Positions 11,656 to 21,876 of a stretch of DNA of 64,000 bases are shown here, piece after piece. The DNA comes from Carpediemonas membranifera BICM (lineage: Eukaryota > Protista > Fornicata). Each line of letters opens with the position of its first letter. The stretch's first letter is position 1. The notes below the pieces were generated by a model. It did no database searches, had not been told where the DNA came from, and saw only the letters and a program-made list of their open reading frames with translations. Position numbers and translations under genes: made by a program. The stretch spans positions 64,269-128,268 of the forward strand of contig JAHDYR010000040.1 of NCBI GenBank assembly GCA_019828565.1, in the 5' to 3' direction.

Positions 11656-13933
11656 TGTTGCGCAGTATAAACACATTGTTCGAACCTCCAGACAGGGCCT
11701 GAAAGGAACGATCAAAGTGCCAAACTGCACAACATCATCCGTCCGTAGACGAATGTTGGCGGTTAACCAATTGATGATACTGGAATGATGTTGGAAGGCG
11801 CGGGATCGAGGTGCGACTGAATGGAGAGCCACTGAGCTCATCTTCCGTGGCAAGAGAACGCCACAGGATGTTCTCTGCAGCACTCTTGTCCCGATGATCA
11901 ACATTCAGAGCATCAGGAACTGTTGCGCGCCACTGAGCACCACGGCACTGTGGATTTTCGCAGAGCATCACACGATGTGGGTGAACGTGCTGGTCATCAC
12001 GCGGACGAACTCGCTTGTAGGGGGCGTGGCTGTGAGGGCAGACGACGGTGGTGCGATCCTCGTCTACCATGTTAAGATCGACGACAATGTTATACCCTTG
12101 AGAAGGGGTACTATCTCTCTCGCGAACTTTCGATATGGCGCGCAAGGAATGAACATACCAGCAGGCGTGGTGAATCCCGAGCTCCCGTAGAAGACTTTCA
12201 GGCGAATGGGGGTCGCGATGGGATGGTGGCGACCGAACTCCCGAGCCAACTGTTGGCCGCAGCGGGCGAAGTGCTTCTGGCGAAGGATGTGGTTCGCAAA
12301 GCGCACTCGGCGGAAAGACTTACGCATTCCAGCCTCGAAAATGTCGTTCGCGTTGTCCAGCACAAACCTAATAGAGTTGTTGATACTCACTAGTCTTGTG
12401 CTCTTGAACGACGCGGCCGTCATATCAAAGCCGAAACTTGGCGTCTTAGTGTATCCGCACTTTGGGAGGACGCCGGAGCTGGTGGTGCCATCGGGGTGCC
12501 TGATGTAATACCCTCCGATGGACCTTGCGCCCGGGTCGAACCCCATGAGGTGGGCATCAGGATCCGGCGCGGGCGGAGCATCGGCATTATTGGTCCCGAG
12601 TCGCGGGCGCTCTTTCTCCCGCCATTTCGCTCGCTTTCGAACAGGCATGCTCGCATCATGTTGTGGCCGATAGTGGCCGAAGCCTCTCCTAATCGTCACC
12701 GCCACACAGACCCCATCGGTGCTCAGGCTGAGCAGACGGCCCATTGACCTGGGGTTGTCCCGGTAGCGTCTTTTCTGCTCTTCTGTCAACGGTTTGGTGG
12801 CGTGTGGGAGTGCGTGATTAATTCCCACACGATGACAGAAATTATCATTCAGTAGGCCCATCGTGTCACCGTAGGCCATGAAGCCCGGTCGGACGGGGGG
12901 CCATGGGCACGATCGGCACGAGGCGAGGCTGGCGGAGCGACATCGAGTACTCCCCGTTGAAGTGGCTGATGAGGCCACTCAACGTCTCCACTCCGTCAGC
13001 AATTGCCCAGACGCAAGAGAGAATGCGTGGGGCAGCCTGGGAGACTGGGAGCCCGTCGTTCTCACCCATGTGAGTCGCCCAGAACAGCGAGGGGAGACAC
13101 GCAAGGATCTCAGGGTTGACCATGTTGAGGATGGCGTGAACGCCGGCCAACTCCTGCTCGAAGAAGGCCGGAGAGCCAACACCTGCGAGAGCTTCTTCGA
13201 GTCGGGCGAGGGTGCCCTGTAGCCTGTCACGGTACGTCGTCACCGTGCGGGCGAGCCACAGCTTCACAGAGTTGGCGTATCGGATGAACCACTTCCGGAG
13301 ACTGGGACTCACTCCATGCGACTCCGCACGACCTTCGAGCTGCGCGACCAGATCCTGCGTGGTAGTCTCCCGCCACATCGGCAGAGTGTCGAGCGACTGC
13401 ACGATGGCCGCGTAGGCCTGACCCGGATGACCGCCGCGTAGATGAGTGAGCAGTCCTTTGTGGAAGTCGGCGTCATGTAGGGGGAGTTGCCGGCGCTGCG
13501 CATAGCATTCAACCGCGAGCCGGGCCAGCAGGCATGAGTAGAGATATTTTGCTGCGGCGTAATCCCCCACTCTCCGTTCTTCGGTGTAGTTCTGTCTGAA
13601 AGCTTGCTTGATGGAGGCTTTGATCGTATATATCTCCATCTTGTTGCGCACTACAGGTGTGCAGCTGGTCATAGATGAAGATGTCATATGAGCCGACGAT
13701 GAACACCATTACCAGCATATACAAGTGTAGAAGTGAATTTAATGTGGAATAGAAGACAATGAGACGACGTGTGAGCGATTGTGATGATTTGCAGCTGTGC
13801 TGACGTCCACGAAGAAGACGCTTTGTGGAAGCCCTGGAGAAGACGATCTCCCTACCGACTTTAGACGTGAGTAGGAGGGAGACAGGGCAGTGTTGCGCAG
13901 TATAAACACATTGTTTGACCCTTCAATAGCACA
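11656..13933. mobile_element. Fanzor-carrying non-autonomous element bounded by micro-LTR-like direct repeats
   Basis: Identical 25-mer TGTTGCGCAGTATAAACACATTGTT at 11656-11680 and 13891-13915; unit starts TGT and ends ACA; AGAAT on both sides (11651-11655, 13934-13938); purine tract 13869-13890 before the right copy. Confidence 0.6.
11735..13639 (-). pseudogene. Fanzor1 (eukaryotic TnpB-like RuvC RNA-guided nuclease), ~634 aa after correcting two compensating frameshifts
   Basis: Motifs in order across three ORFs: YTIKAS, STDGVCVAV, RuvC-I GFDPG, bridge-helix RFANHILRQK, VFYG..GF, RuvC-II VDEDRTT, Zn-ribbon CPHSH/CENPQC, RuvC-III HRDKSAAENI, terminal PFSR. Frame breaks at G6 12895-12900 and at 12095-12108. 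Confidence 0.88.
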
Positions 13934-13986
13934 AGAATGCAGGGGCAAAACTGCACATTTGTTCATTTTGAGACGAACGTTTGGTT

Positions 13987-14355
13987 ATGCGCGTTGTTTC
14001 TGGTTGGATCATGCCTGCAGATGCATTCTGCGCAGCTGCGGGGCTACAGACCGAATCGTTTCTTGCTGAGAACGAGCAGTGCATCGCGGCGATGGCATGG
14101 CTACGAGGCCTCGCAGACGTGCAGGAGGTGATTATTCCCCGCGATGGAGATGGATATTACGAGTATGAAGGTGCTTCTGTTCTCCTTATCCAAGAAACTC
14201 TGATGGAGACTGATGAGAGCGGCCCCGTCACCATGGCCGAGCTCATCCCCCCTTCACTCTGCCAGATCGACATCAACGGCGAGATGCAGGAACGGCTGTA
14301 CTCTGCGGGCTTCAGTCCTGTGTACGGCCCTATGCTTGTGATGACCAGCAGCTGA
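13987..14355 (+). CDS. Hypothetical small acidic protein, divergent from Fanzor
   Basis: 122-codon ORF with coding-like codon use; no recognisable motif. Confidence 0.45.
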   Translation: MRVVSGWIMPADAFCAAAGLQTESFLAENEQCIAAMAWLRGLADVQEVIIPRDGDGYYEYEGASVLLIQETLMETDESGPVTMAELIPPSLCQIDINGEMQERLYSAGFSPVYGPMLVMTSS

Positions 14356-14642
14356 GGGATTATGAAGATTAGGGTTTGGTCGCCCTTGAAGGGGGTCAAC
14401 CGATAATCCCAGCCGGGTAAAGAATGAGCGTTATTGGAGAGTATAGTGGATGATTGTTATTATAATACATCATGAACGGTGATGAGACACTGGCTGATGG
14501 CGGGTCAACGAATTTGTAGACGACAGAATAATGGTCTCTGCGCTTCAGTGCGAGGCAACAGACCGGATAGCTATCATTGTTCATCACTACTCGGAGGACT
14601 CCGGAGAATTTCCAAAACCTGCGAAAATTTTGCTCATCATCG

Positions 14643-16514
14643 ATGTCAGCCTCTAACGTCGCAATTGCGGTGCGCATACGTCCAGAGAGCAAAATTGAGC
14701 GTGAAAAAAAGCATCCGATAATCATTAGCCGTGTGAGCGAGGATATGCTCTTTTTTGACCCCGAACCCTCGTCATACCACGGAGCAAACAATGTAGTGGC
14801 CATGGTTCACGGCAAGCAGTGCCCTGTGAACCGTAGATACAAGAATCTCTCCTTCCAGTTCGATTCTGTGCTCGAGAACGCCACGAACAAGCAAGTATAC
14901 CAAGCAACGGCCCAGAAGATGCTCGGTCCCGTGTTTGACGGGATCAACGCGACTGTGTTCGCCTATGGTGCCACTGGCGCAGGCAAGACATTCACCATGA
15001 TGGGCGAACCCTCACAGAATATCGAAGGTGTCATGATGCTGACGATGGAGGAAGTGTTCGCGAGAATCGCCGCGAGTGCTGACACGAAACGCATCAAGGT
15101 CGTCGTGAGCTACATTGAGATTTATAACGAGCAGATCCACGACCTCCTGGCTCCACCCGTGAAGGGCAAGGCCCGCGTCCTCGACCTGAGGGAGGACCCC
15201 GCGAAGGGGATGACCATCGCCGGCCTCTCCGAAGAGACTCCCGAGAAGCTGGCTGACGTGATCAGCATCATTGCGCGTGGCACTGCCAATCGCACTCAGT
15301 TCTCTACAGCCGCCAACCAGCAATCGTCCAGGTCACACGCGGTGTTCCAGGTCAGAATTGAGCAATGCGACCGCACTGCTGCGATCACCGAGCCCATGCT
15401 GGTGTCTAAGCTGTCTCTCATTGACCTGGCAGGGTCTGAAAGGGCATGCCGGACCCAGAACAAGGGGATCCGGCTCATTGAGGGCGCCAACATCAATAGA
15501 AGCCTGCTCACCCTGGGAAGCTGCATCAACGCGCTGTGCAAGCCGCCAACCAACGGCCGCAGACAGTATGTGCCCTACCGCAACAGCAAGCTGACCCGGC
15601 TGCTCAAGGATTCCCTCGGTGGCTCGTGCCGGACCTGCATGATCGCCAACATCTCACCTTCCGGCTACAACTACCAGGATACGTTGAACACTCTCAACTA
15701 TGCCAACAGAGCCAAGGAGATCAAGACGACTGCGACGAGGAATGTTGTTACGGTCAAACATAGCGCCGTTGAGCATCAGCGCATCATCAAAGACCTCCAG
15801 CTTGAGAACATGCAGCTTAAGAACACCATTGCCGAGCTCAAAGCTGAGGTTGAGCGGCTCCGTGCCGCCCCGCCCGTACCCCTGGAGACAAAGCGGGTCT
15901 GTATGGACGAGACCGAGGTCGAGGAGGACGCGGACGTCAGTATGTTCAGCCACACCAGCGAGCTCAAGGAGGACACCCCCGCCCGGGGTCCCATGCCGGC
16001 CATGAGGCGGCCAGCAGGAGAGCAGGCACGGCCGGCTACCGTGGGCGGCATGATGCCAAGCATGTCCAGGAACGAGACGCCGGCCATGGTTGTAAGGGCA
16101 AGCGTGGGCTCCGTCAGACCTTCAACTTCTGTTGCGATGGCGCCGCCGACTGGGTCTGTTGCGCCCAAGTCTGCTGCCGGCAGAGGCATGCGCGGGGACC
16201 AGGAAAAGCTTGACGCGAGAAAGAGAAAGCTTGCTGAGTACCTCGATCGGAAGAAACAAGCTAAGAAGCAGGCTCAGAACGGTGGCCAGCCTCCCCGGTC
16301 AGCGCGCGCAGCGCCTATGGGGGAGAACGCACGGCCTATGTCTGCGAGGACGAAGAATGTTAGATTTACCGATAATGTCAAGGAGAACGCGACCAATAGG
16401 CCAGCTCCCGTGGTCAGCCTCAACTTGAAATTTGATGAGCTCACGAAGATTCACTCGGGGCTCAAGCCGACCAGAAGGGTTGTACCCAGACGGTCTGGGT
16501 TTCAGAATGCCTGA
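14643..16514 (+). CDS. Kinesin motor protein, kinesin-8 (KIF18/19)-like
   Basis: VAIAVRIRP, AYGATGAGKT, SSRSH, DLAGSER, EGANINRSLL, PYRNSKLTRLLKDSLGG, NTLNYANRAKEIK. Confidence 0.92.
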   Translation: MSASNVAIAVRIRPESKIEREKKHPIIISRVSEDMLFFDPEPSSYHGANNVVAMVHGKQCPVNRRYKNLSFQFDSVLENATNKQVYQATAQKMLGPVFDGINATVFAYGATGAGKTFTMMGEPSQNIEGVMMLTMEEVFARIAASADTKRIKVVVSYIEIYNEQIHDLLAPPVKGKARVLDLREDPAKGMTIAGLSEETPEKLADVISIIARGTANRTQFSTAANQQSSRSHAVFQVRIEQCDRTAAITEPMLVSKLSLIDLAGSERACRTQNKGIRLIEGANINRSLLTLGSCINALCKPPTNGRRQYVPYRNSKLTRLLKDSLGGSCRTCMIANISPSGYNYQDTLNTLNYANRAKEIKTTATRNVVTVKHSAVEHQRIIKDLQLENMQLKNTIAELKAEVERLRAAPPVPLETKRVCMDETEVEEDADVSMFSHTSELKEDTPARGPMPAMRRPAGEQARPATVGGMMPSMSRNETPAMVVRASVGSVRPSTSVAMAPPTGSVAPKSAAGRGMRGDQEKLDARKRKLAEYLDRKKQAKKQAQNGGQPPRSARAAPMGENARPMSARTKNVRFTDNVKENATNRPAPVVSLNLKFDELTKIHSGLKPTRRVVPRRSGFQNA

Positions 16515-16753
16515 ATGACTTGATTAACGACTATAAATATCGCTGCGTCGTCGTTGAAGCACCCCTTTCTGCACTTGATCGGCCACTGCTGAAGTGGGGG
16601 TCGAGTTGGGTCTGCGTGGTTTATGTTCCTCAACCCACTAAAATGATCTTATTGCGACATCCATAATTGCTCTTGCGCCGTGAGCACCACGATTTGCGAT
16701 CTTTGTGGCCATCACTTTTTTTCACGAAAAAGATTGCGTGAAAAAAGAACGAA

Positions 16754-17953
16754 ATGGCCGACGAAAACACCGCTGCGGCCTCGATGGCGTCATCCCAGTT
16801 CAACTCGAACTGGGAGGAGGTAATTCCCGAGTTTGAAGGCATGGGCCTCAAGGAATCTCTCCTTTCGGGCATTTTCACCCACGGTTTCTCCAAGCCGAGC
16901 CCTATCCAGCAGCGCGGCATCCGCCCTATCGTTCTTGGCCGTGACATGATCGCTCAGGCCCAGTCTGGTACCGGTAAGACCGCTACCTTCACCATCGGTG
17001 TTCTTGAGCGCCTCGACGAGTCCCTCAAGGCTACCCAGGTCCTCATCCTCGCCCCTACCCGTGAGCTTGCCCTCCAGAGCGAGAAGGTTGTCCGTGATAT
17101 CGGTGGCAGCATGGATCTGTCTTGCCACGTTTGCATCGGTGGCACTAGCTCCCAGGAGGATATGCGTATCCTTCAGTCCGGCGTTCAGGTTGTTGTCGGT
17201 ACCCCCGGCCGTGTTCTTGACATGATCAACCGTGGTGCCCTCAGAACCGAGGCCATCAAGAGCTTCGTCCTCGATGAGGCCGATGAGATGCTCTCCCAGG
17301 GTTTCACTGAGCAGATCTACACCATCTTCCAGAGCGTCCCCGCTGAGGTTCAGGTCCTTCTCCTGTCCGCCACCATGCCCGACGATGTTCTCCAGATCAC
17401 CGACAAGTTCATGCGCGACCCCGTCAAGATCCTTGTCCGCAAGGACGAGCTCACCCTTGATGGTATCCAGCAGTTCTTCGTCCCTATGGATGACGAGTCC
17501 TGGAAGCTTGATGTGCTCCTTGATCTTTACAAGAACCTCATTGTCTCTAAGGCTGTCATCTTCTGCAACACCAAGCGCAAGGTCGAGTGGCTCTCTGAGC
17601 AGCTCCAGGGTCTTGAGTTTGCTGTCTCTTGCGTCCACAGTGAGATGGACCAGCAGGCCCGTAACGACATCATGAACGAGTTCCGCCGTGGTGCCACCCG
17701 TGTCCTGATTGGCACTGACCTTATCGCCCGTGGTATCGATGTCCAGCAGGTTTCCCTCGTTATCAACTACGACCTCCCCAAGGAGAAGGAGACCTACCTC
17801 CACAGAATCGGTCGTTCTGGCCGTTTCGGCCGCAAGGGTATCGCTCTCAACTTCGTCGTGGGTCCCCGCGATGAGGGCAACCTCGCTGAGATCTCTCAGT
17901 TCTACAAGACTGAGATCAAGCCCATGCCGGAAGACATCGCTAGCTACACTTAA
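16754..17953 (+). CDS. eIF4A: Eukaryotic translation initiation factor 4A (DEAD-box helicase)
   Basis: [34 protein letters not shown]; strongly biased codon use. Confidence 0.96.
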   Translation: MADENTAAASMASSQFNSNWEEVIPEFEGMGLKESLLSGIFTHGFSKPSPIQQRGIRPIVLGRDMIAQAQSGTGKTATFTIGVLERLDESLKATQVLILAPTRELALQSEKVVRDIGGSMDLSCHVCIGGTSSQEDMRILQSGVQVVVGTPGRVLDMINRGALRTEAIKSFVLDEADEMLSQGFTEQIYTIFQSVPAEVQVLLLSATMPDDVLQITDKFMRDPVKILVRKDELTLDGIQQFFVPMDDESWKLDVLLDLYKNLIVSKAVIFCNTKRKVEWLSEQLQGLEFAVSCVHSEMDQQARNDIMNEFRRGATRVLIGTDLIARGIDVQQVSLVINYDLPKEKETYLHRIGRSGRFGRKGIALNFVVGPRDEGNLAEISQFYKTEIKPMPEDIASYT

Positions 17954-18155
17954 ACTGTGTGTGTGTGATTTTATGCAATTTCCTCGCTTGCAGCCTTATC
18001 ATTCTCGTTCTTGGATGGACGACTTGCCAATGTGTATTCAGCTATAGTAGAGCCCGAGGTACTCTGCTCTGACCACGCTGCCAGGCTTGGCGAGCTCTCT
18101 TCCGCGAGTATTCCTGATTGATTCGGCCGTGACACTCATCCTTCATTCCGACGCA

Positions 18156-18836
18156 ATGATGCTCGAAGGACACGACGAGAGCTTTAATGAGAACCCAAAA
18201 GCCAATGGAGAGGTTAGCTTAGGTGTATGTCTCGTTTCTCCGCTTCTTATGTAGACTACCATCATGGCCATCCGCTTTGACCATGGCGTCGTCATGGCGG
18301 CCGATTCCCGGACAACAACCGGTTCATTCATCGCTAACCGTGTAACAGACAAGATCTATAAGGTTACAGACAACATATACTGCTGCCGCTCGGGCTCTGC
18401 GGCCGACACGCAGGCCATTTCCGACATTGTGAAGGCAAATCTCACCGTCCACTCGCTCGAGCTCGGGCAGCCTCCTGCTGTGAACACAGCTGCCAAGGTA
18501 TTCCGCTCCATGTGCTACAAATACCGCGACCAGCTCTCGGCCGGCATCATTGTCGGCGGCGTGGACTCCACAGGCCCGCACGTCTATTCCATCCCCCTGG
18601 GCGGCTCAGTCGTCGAGCAGCCGTTCTCTATCGGTGGGTCTGGCTCCACATACATTTACGGCTACTGTGACGCCCACTACAGGCCCGGGATGAGCAAGGA
18701 GGAGTGCATCGAGTTCGCCAAGAGCTGCGTCGCCCTCGCCATGTCTAGGGACGGCAGCTCGGGTGGGCTGATCAGGCTGGCCGTCATTACCCCGGACGGG
18801 GTCGAGCGGCAGGTGGTGACGGGCATCGAGCAATAA
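18156..18836 (+). CDS. PSMB6: 20S proteasome subunit beta1 (PRE3/PSMB6), 2 exons (intron 18225-18254)
   Basis: Removing the 30-nt GTATGT...CTTATGTAG intron (which ends in an in-frame TAG) gives GEVSLG|TTIMA, the propeptide/catalytic Thr junction; [24 protein letters not shown]. Confidence 0.95.
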
Positions 18837-18961
18837 GAGGATGCGCGAGAGATACATGAACTCGAGTAAATGATATATAGTGATGACGGGTAGCCAGTGA
18901 CGAGTTGACGATGTATTTATGTGTTACGTGACTGTGTTTAACTTTTCGACAACACGACGAT

Positions 18962-19561
18962 ATGGCTCGGTGGTTTTCTAATGCTGCTAGTGCGCTGAAA
19001 AAGGTCAAGGATCGTTTACAAGAGGAGCAGGCGACGGAAGAGGCACTCGCGGCTGCTGGTGTGATGACTATTAGCCAGAAGACAGAGGAAATCCCCGAAG
19101 CTCACCCCAAGGAGCAGGAAGACGACGGCAAGAAGCATGTCCGTGTTATCGATACGCAGAACATCCCCGATGCTGCTGTTCAAGCTGTCGCCACCAACAT
19201 CCAGTCTGCGATGAACTCGGCCAAGGCATCAGTACACAAGCGCTCCAACCAGATCATCGCCGACATCAGCGCCCTCGAGGATGCGTCAGGCTATCTCTCC
19301 TCCGAATACGCCCGTGCTGCCAAAGCCTTGGAATCAACCGCCGCCGTGTGGACGGACCTCCCCTCTCTCAGCGAATCAGTCGCCGCCATCCAAGAGAACC
19401 TAGAGTCCACCATAGCCCAGCTCGATGACATCTTCGCCATGATGAAGGATGCCCGCCCTGAATTCCTCTCGAGGACAGCCGACTGGGTACGGTTCAGAGA
19501 GATGAACAAGGATAGGATCGAGGCAGAGTCTAAGGGTGGATCATGGGGCCTGCTGTCGTGA
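18962..19561 (+). CDS. Hypothetical coiled-coil protein
   Basis: 199-aa ATG ORF, helical composition, host-like codons. Confidence 0.65.
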   Translation: MARWFSNAASALKKVKDRLQEEQATEEALAAAGVMTISQKTEEIPEAHPKEQEDDGKKHVRVIDTQNIPDAAVQAVATNIQSAMNSAKASVHKRSNQIIADISALEDASGYLSSEYARAAKALESTAAVWTDLPSLSESVAAIQENLESTIAQLDDIFAMMKDARPEFLSRTADWVRFREMNKDRIEAESKGGSWGLLS

Positions 19562-19776
19562 GTTAGAGTGTTGTTTAGATTAAATGGAGCCTGGCATGGG
19601 TGAATGTTATTCTGGTTTCCCGTTCTTCTTTTGAAACCAAGAGTCCAAAAATACTTTTTAGCCTATGCGTTCCACGTATAAGACCATACAGGGCATATAT
19701 ACCGCTTCATTGGCTGATTTTTTTGCCAGCCTGAATGGCATAAACTGCACCTTGGGACGACAGTGTTCGAATTTGT

Positions 19777-21231
19777 ATGAAGAGCGGATATAGTGTTTCA
19801 GGCGCCGCTTCATTCGCAGCAAGTGCGTACAAGTCAAAAATGAGTTCTACCTTCGCCAATCGACGAGCGAAGGTTGTTCAAGAGACTACATATGGAAACG
19901 ACACCGAAGTGGACTTGTCTGGCCTTATTGCCGACAATGACACGCATCCTGCCGTCTACGGTGTTGTTAGGATTGCTATTAAGACCGGCAAGCGCATCCT
20001 AGTGGACCAGTTCTTCCCAGGGAGCACCAACTCCTTCGTCAGAATTTGCTCACAGAACAACTCCCGCAAGACGCGTGTTTCACAGATCACCAAGGGCCTA
20101 GCGAGTTGGAATGAGGTGAAGCACTTCCCTGTCGAGGTGAACCGCAACAAACGGCACCCTACAAACCTCATGACGATTGAACTGTACACGTTCAGCGGAA
20201 ACATCGCAGTCACCGAGCCTCCCAAGCTACTGGGCAGTGTAGGGTTCCACCTGCATGACCTGGTTCGGGCCCAGCATGTCAGAGACGAGTTCAACCTCTA
20301 CAGCGGAGAGGCGATGATCGGCGCGTTAGCCATTGAGATAACTTTTACTTACGGTCTCTTTGGCTACGGATACGCACCCCAGATGCCCGACCTCGTGCCT
20401 GCTAACAAGGCCCTCAAGCGCTCACTGCTCCCGAGGGTCGATCCGCCCCGACGGAGGACCGACCCCCGCCGTCAAGTGATGCTGGCTGTAGCAACTGACA
20501 CACCCTCATTCATCCAAGCCGAGCCGGCCATTCTTGGCGCCACTGAGCGCATCCGTCAGCCCGAGGATATCGGTATCATCGAGGATTTTACCGAGAAGTT
20601 CCCGCTCCTCAGCAGTCAGATGACCAGCCTGACCAAGATCAGAGAGCACAGCCAGACACTCAGCAGGCACGACAGGCTGCAGTACCTCAAGCAATCCATG
20701 TTCGACGCGTCGCGGCGTACCCAGTATGTGTCCGTCGCCCGGTTTAACATGTCGAATCACGACACTCGGCCATTTATGAAATACATGCAGCCCGCACGTA
20801 TACCAATCGGCCGGGTGAAAGCGATGGGCTCGAGCGAGGACGGACCTAAGCCGAGGGCAGCCAAGGATTCGGGCGTGAACGACTCGCCGCCGATGATCAT
20901 GATTGAGGCCGAGTCCGAAGGAGAAGAGACCAAGGCCGACACTCCAGGCGCCATCCGCAGCATCATGAAGACACCAGGCCATGTCAGGCGCCGGTCGACT
21001 AGGAATGGACTCATGTTGGTGCAGTTTAGCCAAGAAGTCGACGAGCTCGAGGCCGAGAGGGAGCGGCGGATGCTGACCGAGTCGCACAAGCCCCGGCCGC
21101 GGAGTCCGCCGCCCAGAGACCCTGATGCGGACCTTGAGGTGGGTATCTTGGACGAGGCGAGCAAGCTGAGTCTCGGGTACAGCAGTAGCAGCGATGAAGA
21201 GGATTATGAGGTGTTTAACGGTGATATTTGA
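19777..21231 (+). CDS. C2-domain protein, C2CD6/ALS2CR11-like
   Basis: C2-like region (FVRI...KTRV...WNE..HF...LLGSVGFHLHDL) followed by FTYGLFGYGY and RSLLPRVDPP. Confidence 0.6.
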   Translation: MKSGYSVSGAASFAASAYKSKMSSTFANRRAKVVQETTYGNDTEVDLSGLIADNDTHPAVYGVVRIAIKTGKRILVDQFFPGSTNSFVRICSQNNSRKTRVSQITKGLASWNEVKHFPVEVNRNKRHPTNLMTIELYTFSGNIAVTEPPKLLGSVGFHLHDLVRAQHVRDEFNLYSGEAMIGALAIEITFTYGLFGYGYAPQMPDLVPANKALKRSLLPRVDPPRRRTDPRRQVMLAVATDTPSFIQAEPAILGATERIRQPEDIGIIEDFTEKFPLLSSQMTSLTKIREHSQTLSRHDRLQYLKQSMFDASRRTQYVSVARFNMSNHDTRPFMKYMQPARIPIGRVKAMGSSEDGPKPRAAKDSGVNDSPPMIMIEAESEGEETKADTPGAIRSIMKTPGHVRRRSTRNGLMLVQFSQEVDELEAERERRMLTESHKPRPRSPPPRDPDADLEVGILDEASKLSLGYSSSSDEEDYEVFNGDI

Positions 21232-21539
21232 GGGCGAGATTTTCTATTACTTTCGGAAACGCGGGTAAACTGTTTTGCGTTTGGGTGCTTTGCTCGGGAT
21301 GACCCATGCGGCGATGTCGCCAGAAACGGTTTATGAACTCGTCTTTTTTTTCACACAGCTTCTTTGCGCACGCATGAATGTTGGGGTTCGAAGCACCTCT
21401 GTTGCTTAATTTGTGCGCGATGCTCATTTAACATGCCTAGATGACGATTTCTCTTTCGATCTCGCAGTTTCGGTCACTTCTTCGTGCCGAACTAAACAAC
21501 ATCAATCAGGTGAGCCGACGGGACCCTGGAGCGGCAACA

Positions 21540-21876
21540 AGGTAAGTCCGCCACCATCATATGATGTCAAAATCCTAGCTGTGCGCCACGGCGTCTTCGG
21601 ACTCGTGGTATTGCATTGGCCTCTGGCCCTTGCTGCACACCGGGACATCCGCGCCACCTTGCACGGCGCGGAACCCGGGTTCCTGCTAGGAGCGCGTGGG
21701 CAGTGTGAGACTGCCGCGCGGACATCAGATGGACCTAGGACAGTGAGCCTAGATGATACACTTGGACGACCCCTTGCAGCAGCTGGCGGTCGGCGAGTGT
21801 ATGCGGGAGGGCAGCCCGCGGCGTGGAGCCCCATTGGATTCAAACACCCTGGGGGGTTACTTTCGTCCATTTTTTT
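21540..21876 (+). ncRNA. Candidate structured non-coding RNA, identity unknown
   Basis: Nested helices: CCTAGC 21574/GCTAGG 21685 enclose a cUUCGg hairpin (21586-21608) and CCGGG-TCCGCGCC/GGCGCGGA-CCCGG (21640-21678); GGCAGT/ACTGCC hairpin 21699-21715; T7 at 21870-21876; lies in a long intergenic gap. Confidence 0.4.

Noticed and set aside
16790-17803. 337-aa antisense ORF over eIF4A, and similar shadow ORFs over TOP1, NOP53 and pol genes
   Set aside because: By-product of strong codon bias on the coding strand; no motifs.
21400-21547. ACTTACCT on the minus strand resembling the U1 5' end (also at 31393-31400 on plus)
   Set aside because: No correctly placed U1-70K/U1A loops or Sm site; an 8-mer match can arise by chance.
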